Source: Yuukianura sp. NJ FZ-2021 (lineage: Eukaryota). From it: a DNA stretch of 64,000 bases. The position numbers and the translations under genes were made by a program. The stretch is taken from the NCBI GenBank assembly GCA_046563655.1, contig CM102290.1, forward strand, positions 10,602,001-10,666,000, read 5' to 3'. Position 1 is the stretch's first letter; each line of letters starts with the position of its first letter. A model generated the notes under the pieces. The model was given only the letters and a program-made list of their open reading frames with translations, did not search any database and had not been told where the DNA came from. Below are positions 58,701-64,000 of this stretch, piece by piece.

Positions 58701-61402
58701 TGAGCAAACGATCATCACGTTTTTTCTGTGGAATTCCAAGAGTCTTTTTTCAACATTTATTTTTCACAAAAACACTTTTTGACTACGAAAACAATTTTAT
58801 GTAATGTTTTTTCTGCAAAAGAACATTTTTCTTTGAAAAAGCTGTTATAAGCTGTATTTATGTTTTCTAGCAATCACATTGTGTTTCAGAAGCTTTTTTT
58901 GACAACCCTTGTGCAAAATTACATTTTTTGCACAATTCGTTTTTCTTTGAAAAGCACGACCAAGAAATAATTGCTGTTGTTTTTTCAGCTCATCCCACCG
59001 CCAAAACCGATGACAAAACAGAAGCCTTCCATTGCACCAAAGCCCACTTTGATTCCTCCGCCAAAACCACAAATTGCACCTAAACCAAAGAACATTAAGC
59101 GGCTAGGCCACAGCTACGACAATGCCCTTGAGGAGAAGAAAAGCAATGACAAGGACTTGGTTCCTACGAAGCGCAGTGCGCAGAAGTCAACGTCAATGTC
59201 AATTCTGAGTCCACTGGACAAAGAGTGGGAGGGAATAGCAACTTTTATTAATGCTCTCAATGTCAAAACGGGTAAGATTCAAACTTTCCCGCTCACTTAG
59301 GCTTTTACTTTCTCTTTGCTGTTCTGTCATCTTTGTCCCTAATTCCAATTAGACTCGGATGGAGAGGAACGGAAATGTCCTATTCTGCTCAGTGAGCTTG
59401 GAAGATGGCTTTCAACGTTCTGTATGGACACTTACGAAGGTCTCTTGGTTGCTAATGGATTTGACGACCTTTGTTTCTTGGTATGTTTTCATTGCATAAG
59501 TGACATTGACACCATGACTTAACCAACCTATCGAACCTCATTGATTAGGTTAGGGCAATAGTCTAAGCTTCAGTTAGAGGCGAAACAAGTAGAATATGAA
59601 AACATTTTGTTTAGTTTTTAGTCTGGACACTTTCGAAAAGAAAATGACACGATTTTTCAAAAAAAAAAAAAAAAAACATGTTAATTTTGAAACGTTTAGG
59701 GTGGCAATATTTTGGATGAAGCGTCGCTGCTGGAAATTGGGATGCTGAATGCCCAGCACCGAAAAGTCTTAACGGAACAGTGTTTGCACCTCCCAGTTCA
59801 ATGGCCGCGTGACATGAATGGTAAAGGAGTGCCCAACTCTGTCAGAAAATGGCTCCAGGAACTGCATCTAGACCAGTACTGGACAACTTTTGAGAAAAAC
59901 TTCTATGTACAACCGGAGAGGCTGCTCAGTCTCTGGAACGATGAACTCACTACGGTATTAGAAATTGAGCCACTGGGACATCGCCGGAGGCTACTTTCGG
60001 CAGCATCAAAAATCTCTGGAAGCAAAGTCCAGCAGCGCATGCCGAGTAGAGTCAAAGAAGAGGAAGAGTCCGATGGTCGCTTGTCGCTGCGTGAACCACG
60101 TGATCTCGTCTCCGGAGTTTCGTCGGCGCTCAAAACAGTTTGGAGACACTCTCCAGAAACGCTCATCAATGGAAGCGTTGCTTACCGGGCAATGGTAATT
60201 TCTTTTGATCCAGTTTTTGAAACAATTTTTTTGTTTGAAACAATTGCTTAGAAAACTTTTTTGGGCTTGCAGTATGTTGGTTCTTGTTTCGTCCAAGAAT
60301 TTTCGACGACAAATTCCATCCAGCGAGCCATTTGTGAGATTCGGGCTCAGGATTTGTCTAATCGGGCGAGTTCGTCGGGGTCTTCGGGAAATTCGTCTCC
60401 GAGAGCCTCAGTTCACAACACGTACGTGACACTTATTGTGTCTGCGAGTGTTATAAGCTGGTACAATGCAAAGAGCAAGGTGAGTAAAAGTGAAAGTTAC
60501 CTAACCTACACAGCTTAGTTCTATTTTTCAAGTTCACTTTTCACGCCGAACAATAAGTTTTAAAGGGTCTAGGAGACAAAAAATAATTCAAATTTTTTTT
60601 TTCGAAAACTTCAAAAAATCACAACTCTAAAAACATGCATTTACCATTCCCACCAAAAAAAAATCCGGGAAACGATTGGAAGTGGCTTGAAACGTCGAAA
60701 TTTTCACTCAACTTTCTCCTGTTTCCTCTCTTTTTGTAGAGTCTCGTAAGCGAACACGAAGTAGGAACTATTCAATGCACTTGTCAAGCCTCAGATGATC
60801 TCCGACATTTGGCTCTCGTCACAAAAGACCCGAACTCGGCGTCTCACTTCTGTCACGTCTTTTGTCTCGACTCAGTGGTACGTTTTTAGCTGACCTTTGA
60901 CCTTTAGCGAATGCTTGGCCAGGAATCATGAAATATTCATGGTGCTGATTTTCAGGAAGTTGCAACGGAAGCCATCTTGACCTTAGGTCAAGCCTTCGAA
61001 GTGGCATACCAACTAGCTCTATCTGTCCGAAGAGAAAATCAGACGAATCGACACATCCGTTCCAAGTCTGCAAATCAACTCAGTTCAAACATCTCCATTC
61101 CAGAAACTAATTCCAGAAGTTACTACGGTGAAAGTGACTCTTCATCTGCTCACCCTAACAAACAGATTCGACAACGGCACCTTCAAGTCCACGCTCGATC
61201 CCACTCTGTCGCTGATCTCCCACCAACCAACGCCCCACTTTCTGTTGCCACCCCGAAACCAAGCTCCACCAAGACCCACCACAACTACGTTGCCAAGGAC
61301 CAGAAATTACCGCGAGCCGAATCTTTCAGTTTTATTACTCAAACAGTGGAGACGCATCAACTGTACTCAAGGGCTCCAATTGTGTCCAAAGAGGAGCTTT
61401 GA
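52789..61402 (+). CDS. ANKS1: Ankyrin repeat, tandem SAM and PTB domain protein (ANKS1A/ANKS1B, Odin/AIDA-1-like), about 1130 aa, 15 coding exons
   Basis: Exons 52789-52892, 54365-54445, 54589-54745, 56304-56449, 56578-56703, 57254-57486, 57567-57699, 57771-57930, 58081-58635, 58989-59271, 59353-59480, 59700-60194, 60273-60479, 60740-60877, 60956-61402 sum to 3393 nt in frame. N-terminus MGKDQELIEAARNG; ankyrin repeats (SALHHAA, SPLHLAAW, APLHMAAQFGH, TALDLAAHYGR, TPLHLASRNGH, TALHEAALCGK); SAM1 (ANGFDDLCFL), SAM2 (LGHRRRLL); PTB (WRHSPETL..YVGS..HFCHVF..ILTLGQAFEVAYQLAL). The two linker exons at 57567-57930 are less certain. Confidence 0.93.
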
Positions 61403-61947
61403 AGGGCTCTCTTTCACAAGCTTTCCAATGCATCTAATCTAAGCATGATCACTGCAATCTTTTTTACAAAAAAAAATCACGAAGTTTTTCATTTTCTTTT
61501 AAATCGAGTTTTAGAAAGTGTTAGAAACACTCGAGATTATTTTATTTTGTCTACTGTTTTATTTTTTAATTTTTGTTTCCAAAAAATTACTCATTTCATT
61601 TCATACCATGACGAATTATGGATATTAGTGGACGGGGATTCGCTAAAACTTGCACCGCTGAAAGCTCTATAACGTGTGTCAAATTGTTACTTTTGAGCTT
61701 GACCTTTTGCTCTTAAACTTGACGCTCACGGCGCTCAAATGCAATTTCAAACAATTTTTGAATTTTGAAGTTACTTGCTAGATGGAATGGATTTTCAGAA
61801 AACGAGGAGCGGGATTTTTGAATTGAAAACTGAATTTTAACTCGTACTCTACAAATGTTACTCAAAACTGTACTAGAATTACCACAAGAAATGCTCAAAT
61901 GATTCCTAACTAATTACGAATGAATAGAATTGGAGGGCAGCCTAAGT

Positions 61948-62014
61948 GATGATCAGATCATCAAATTATTATGATGATCAAATCATCATCTATGATGATG
62001 ATCAGATCATCATC
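61948..62014. repeat. Short self-complementary GATGATCAGATCATC-type repeat, 3 copies
   Basis: GATGATCAGATCATC, GATGATCAAATCATCATC and GATGATGATCAGATCATCATC in tandem downstream of the ANKS1 stop. Confidence 0.6.
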
Positions 62015-64000
62015 TTTGTTACCCTTGACCTGCTTCTAGCAACCTCTCGATATTGTACGCACATGCGTACCGAATACTATACTAGGCGAAAGCCCGTTGC
62101 CACAAAGAAATTATAACACAATTGTCTTTTCAAAATATTGACCATAACCAGAATATTGTTAAAAAAAATTGTGTTCCGTAAAAAAAGTTTAAAGCCCAAA
62201 TTACTAAGAACAAATATAAAACAAAAGTTTGTGATTAAGGGGCTAAAAAAGTAGAAATTTAATTTAAAAAAGTAGAAATGGAATTTGGTTTAAGTCGTAC
62301 TAAGGATTTTTATGGCCTAAAATCTACGAACATGCTTCGAACGGTGCTCCTTCAGTGGTGATTTAGTAGGGATCCAAAAACCAATTAGTCTTAAGCAACG
62401 TTCTAGTAATTAGGTGTGAAATTTCACACTTCTTTGACTCTTTGATTTCCTCCATTCCTACAAAAGTTTCAAAAATTTATCAATTTTTAAGTTTTTTTTA
62501 GTGGAAGTATTTTTTGAATGAACCTTTTCTTTACGGTTTTCTATGATTTTACTTTTTGTATATTTTACTTTACGGCATGACATAAAGCATGACATTTGAA
62601 AACCGGAAGCTTTACCTTATACCACAACAGCTTTTGTGACATGAGTCAGAAAAATGAAACTTTTCGGTTTTGTTTGTTCGAAGTACTATGCAAAATTTTG
62701 GGTTTATACGTTGACAGCAAAAGTTGTTATTCCTTGCTCACGATTTGTTCAAAGTTCCTGTCCATTTTTTAAAATTTTGAATCAATATTAATTAGAATGT
62801 TAAGTTGTGTTCAAATACGGAGTCGTTAAGGGGAAACTGAAAAGTAGTCAAAAATACTGTGTAATACGTATACTAAGAAACAAGTGTTTAATTTGACTCT
62901 ATTTAGGCTAGACTAGTTTTGTAGTAACAGATAGACTTTGGGCAGGTTTTGTGTTAAGTTTGTTCTTACGCAGGCGCAGGAAATAGTTAATATTTTCCTA
63001 GCTAGTAGTTTGTTCAATCGTTTCTGAAAATGTCTCAAATTTATTCCTCTTTATGATTCCAGAAAATTCCGGTCGAATAAAATCAAAAGACAATTTTCTA
63101 CTAAAATTCGTACAGTTTAAACTGCACTATTTCTGCACCATCGTCTTTCTCATCATAGCCTTTCCGTTGTTTTTTAAATTTCACCAAAAACTTTGTGTTC
63201 GATTTTGGACCTTTTTAAAAATTTTAAAACTACCTCATATTTTTCGAAATTTTGCCGGACATTAGGTCTAAAAACGGTCATTTCTAAATCTGGAGAATCT
63301 TAAGTACTCAGCCGTACTTTTTTTCACTTTTTTCAACATAATGTTATTAAATTGTGCTTAGGACAAGCACAGATTTTGATTTGAATTGGCATGTGTCACT
63401 GTTCAAAGCGATTTACAAGGAACGCTACATTTAGTTTTTAGAATTTCTCTCTCTTTTTAGAATTTCCCCTCCTTTCTTTTATAGCTTTCACTCGTCTCCG
63501 TCGTTCGTCAAAATGAGGAAGACAAAGTGTGGATTTGTATGAAGCACCACAGGAGACTTTTTTATTTGATACGTCCCCCCATGGAGTCAAAGTCTTTGGA
63601 GTTAAAGCAGCACTTTCCGTTTCAGTGCTCTTCTGCCTTCCAATCGCTTCAAAATCAGCGCCATGGAAACCCCACCCCCAATTGCTTCTGGAAGAACCAC
63701 CGAGGGTAGAGGTGTGCCGAGGAAATGGGGTTGATGGGGTCATTTTCCGGGAGTTTAGGTGTGAGCTATTTTCGTAAATTACATTCTAAAGGGGTGCGCT
63801 CAGTATTCTGGAACGCAGGGCCCCCCATACCGCAATGTCACGCCAAAATCATCCAGAGTTAGGTTAGGTAGTATGTGCAACAGTTAGCATTAGATAAAAT
63901 GCGAAGACGCCATTGGTCAAAAAATTGAAACCTAAAATTAGGCTAAAGCTAGGTTAGTTAGTTTGTAAATTACTGCTGAACTTTGGTTTTTATTTTATAG

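Overview
Eukaryotic, AT-rich, intron-dense DNA; the gene content points to an arthropod, and the many ~60-90 bp introns would fit a compact hexapod genome such as a springtail (inference only). Five spliced protein-coding genes can be rebuilt by hand with consistent splice phases: (1) the 3' part of an eyeless-type Pax6 (+, 955-8751; most of the paired domain lies upstream of the window), (2) a long-N-tail annexin of the B11/A7/A11 type (-, 12322-15571), (3) a complete twin-of-eyeless-type Pax6 (+, 29732-44073), (4) TM7SF3 (-, 46296-50270) and (5) an ANKS1/AIDA-1-type ankyrin-SAM-SAM-PTB gene (+, 52789-61402). The main observations are a tight same-orientation ey-toy Pax6 tandem with only an annexin recognised between them; a divergent ey protein; a candidate paired-less toy isoform from an intronic promoter; a GC-AG homeobox intron in toy that is absent in ey; a young 318-bp array whose unit is two inverted, diverged half-monomers lying between convergent 3' ends; and three inverted-repeat transposon relics. 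All coordinates were read by eye and no database searches were run.
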